Assembly: GCA_049678845.1 (NCBI GenBank)
Contig: JBAUEX010000183.1
Coordinates: 1-56,286, forward strand
Length of the DNA: 56,286 nt
DNA from: Candidatus Acidiferrales bacterium
Lineage (GTDB): Bacteria > Acidobacteriota > Terriglobia > Acidiferrales > UBA7541
Reading direction: 5' to 3'
Position 1 is the stretch's first letter. Every line of letters begins with the position of its first letter. The position numbers were made by a program, and so were the translations under genes. The notes beneath the pieces are model-generated. The model did not search any database and was not told the DNA's origin. It worked only from the letters and a program-made list of their open reading frames with translations. Shown here in pieces: positions 55,073 to 56,286 of the stretch.

Positions 55073-55312
55073 TTTGAATTCGCGGTTCTGATTCTTCACC
55101 GCGCCGGGCAGCGCTTCACGGGTGCCTGCCGGCCGGTCAGCCCTGAAATCTGGGGGTATGGCAACATGGAGTCCTGCGAGACAAACCCGTTGCGGCGCGC
55201 TGACGTTTGGCGTGCCGCGACCTTTTGTCTCCTGATTGTTTTCCTCCCGTGAAATTTTGGTTGCCGGCCGCGAGCCGGCGAATCTCTACAATTCTTTCGA
55301 GGAGTTTTTTCG

Positions 55313-55687
55313 ATGCCTAGAGTCAAACGTGGAACCAAACGCCGCGCACGCCGCAAGAAGATTCTGAAACACACCAAGGGATTTTTCCTGACAAAGAGCA
55401 AGCTGCACCGCTCGGCGAAAGAGGCGATGAACCGTTCGCTGCGCTATTCCTATCGCGACCGCCGCACGCGCAAACGCGATTATCGCACGCTGTGGATTCA
55501 GCGCATTGGCGCAGCCGCGCGCAATAACGGCATTTCATACAGCCAGTTCATGCACGGGCTGAAGGTGGGCGGCGTGGACCTGGACCGGAAAATCCTGGCG
55601 GACCTTGCGGTGCACGACGCGGCCGCGTTTACGTCGCTGGTGGCGCAGGCCAAGCAGCAACTCACCACGACGCCAGCTTCCGCGTAG
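55313..55687 (+). CDS. rplT: 50S ribosomal protein L20
   Basis: [24 protein letters not shown]...[25 protein letters not shown] lies 8 nt upstream. Confidence 0.9.
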   Translation: MPRVKRGTKRRARRKKILKHTKGFFLTKSKLHRSAKEAMNRSLRYSYRDRRTRKRDYRTLWIQRIGAAARNNGISYSQFMHGLKVGGVDLDRKILADLAVHDAAAFTSLVAQAKQQLTTTPASA

Positions 55688-55690
55688 TTT

Positions 55691-55722
55691 GCGCTATTCC
55701 ACGTGATTCGTGGCGATAGCGC
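55691..55722 (+). promoter_or_regulatory. strong compound hairpin between rplT and pheS
   Basis: GCGCTAT (55691-55697) pairs with ATAGCGC (55716-55722), enclosing the CCACG/CGTGG pair. No U-tract follows. Confidence 0.35.
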
Positions 55723-55789
55723 GGGGGCGGTTGGGACCTGACCCCAGGTGCGGCCTTGAAGTACAGCCCGTTTTGACATCTTAATCGCA

Positions 55790-56286
55790 ATGGCGAACAT
55801 CCTCGAACAAACGAATCTTATCTTCGAGAAACTGAGCGTACCTTCCGAGGGGAGCGTTCAGGTGCTTTTCGATGAATTACTCGGCGTGGCCGACAGCGAG
55901 TTGCTGCGCGTTGGCAGCGCCGAGGAGTTAGAAGCCTTCCGCGTTCGCTGGGTGGGGAGAAACAACAGCGTCAAATCGCGAGTGCAGGAAAATTGGCTGA
56001 AGCTCGCTCCAGCAGAGGCGAAAAAGTGGGTGGGTTCCAGCTTCAACATTTGTTTTCGCAAATTAGAGAAAAATCTGGCCGGTAAAAAAGCGGCGCTTCA
56101 GACAAACGGGACGGTTGGCCGCATCGATCTTTCGCTGCCTGGCGTGACGCGGCCGATTGGCACGCGGCACTTAATCTCCCAAACGTATGAAGAGCTGTAC
56201 TGCATTTTCAATTCGATCGGCTTTTCGATTGTCGAGGGCGCGGAGATTGAAACGCCGTATTACAACTTCGAGGCGCTGAACATTCC
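55790..56286 (+). CDS. pheS: phenylalanine--tRNA ligase alpha subunit (5' part, runs off the window)
   Basis: Hand translation from ATG 55790 gives MANILEQTNLIFEKL...IDLSLPGVTRPIGTRHLISQTYEELYCIFNSIGFSIVEGAEIETPYYNFEALNI, an open frame to the window end. Confidence 0.85.
   Translation, partial: MANILEQTNLIFEKLSVPSEGSVQVLFDELLGVADSELLRVGSAEELEAFRVRWVGRNNSVKSRVQENWLKLAPAEAKKWVGSSFNICFRKLEKNLAGKKAALQTNGTVGRIDLSLPGVTRPIGTRHLISQTYEELYCIFNSIGFSIVEGAEIETPYYNFEALNI

Overview
GC-rich chromosomal segment. The protein families present (GWxTD protein, CarboxypepD_reg protein, unpaired MacB-type permeases, PDZ-GAF-PAS kinase with a sigma-54 activator) suggest Acidobacteriota; that is inference only. I support about 55 protein genes, nearly all core housekeeping. 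They include two origin-proximal gene sets (rsmG-parA-parB with twin parS sites, and rpmH-rnpA-yidD-yidC). Also present are ffh, the rpsP-KH-rimM-trmD ... rplS ribosomal operon, rnhB, purE/purD, thiE, thrS, nrdJ, glmM and infC-rpmI-rplT-pheS. By eye I found no rRNA, tRNA, CRISPR array, transposase, integrase, reverse transcriptase or recognisable defence gene. I do not see a convincing new multi-gene system. The points most worth a second look are: (1) selD is a selenoprotein gene with an in-frame UGA and a SECIS-like hairpin, truncated in the ORF track, and it heads a tight operon with unusual partners; (2) there are several long, visibly structured non-coding stretches (nrdJ leader, rpmI-rplT spacer, infC leader, gap upstream of ffh); (3) infC probably starts at a non-canonical ATC; (4) a lower-GC island interrupts the trmD-rplS junction; (5) a tandem 18-nt repeat with hairpins lies between convergent genes; (6) sigma-54-type -24/-12 elements lie next to and inside the kinase gene. 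Many ORF-track starts are over-extended, and I give corrected starts where the sequence supports them.
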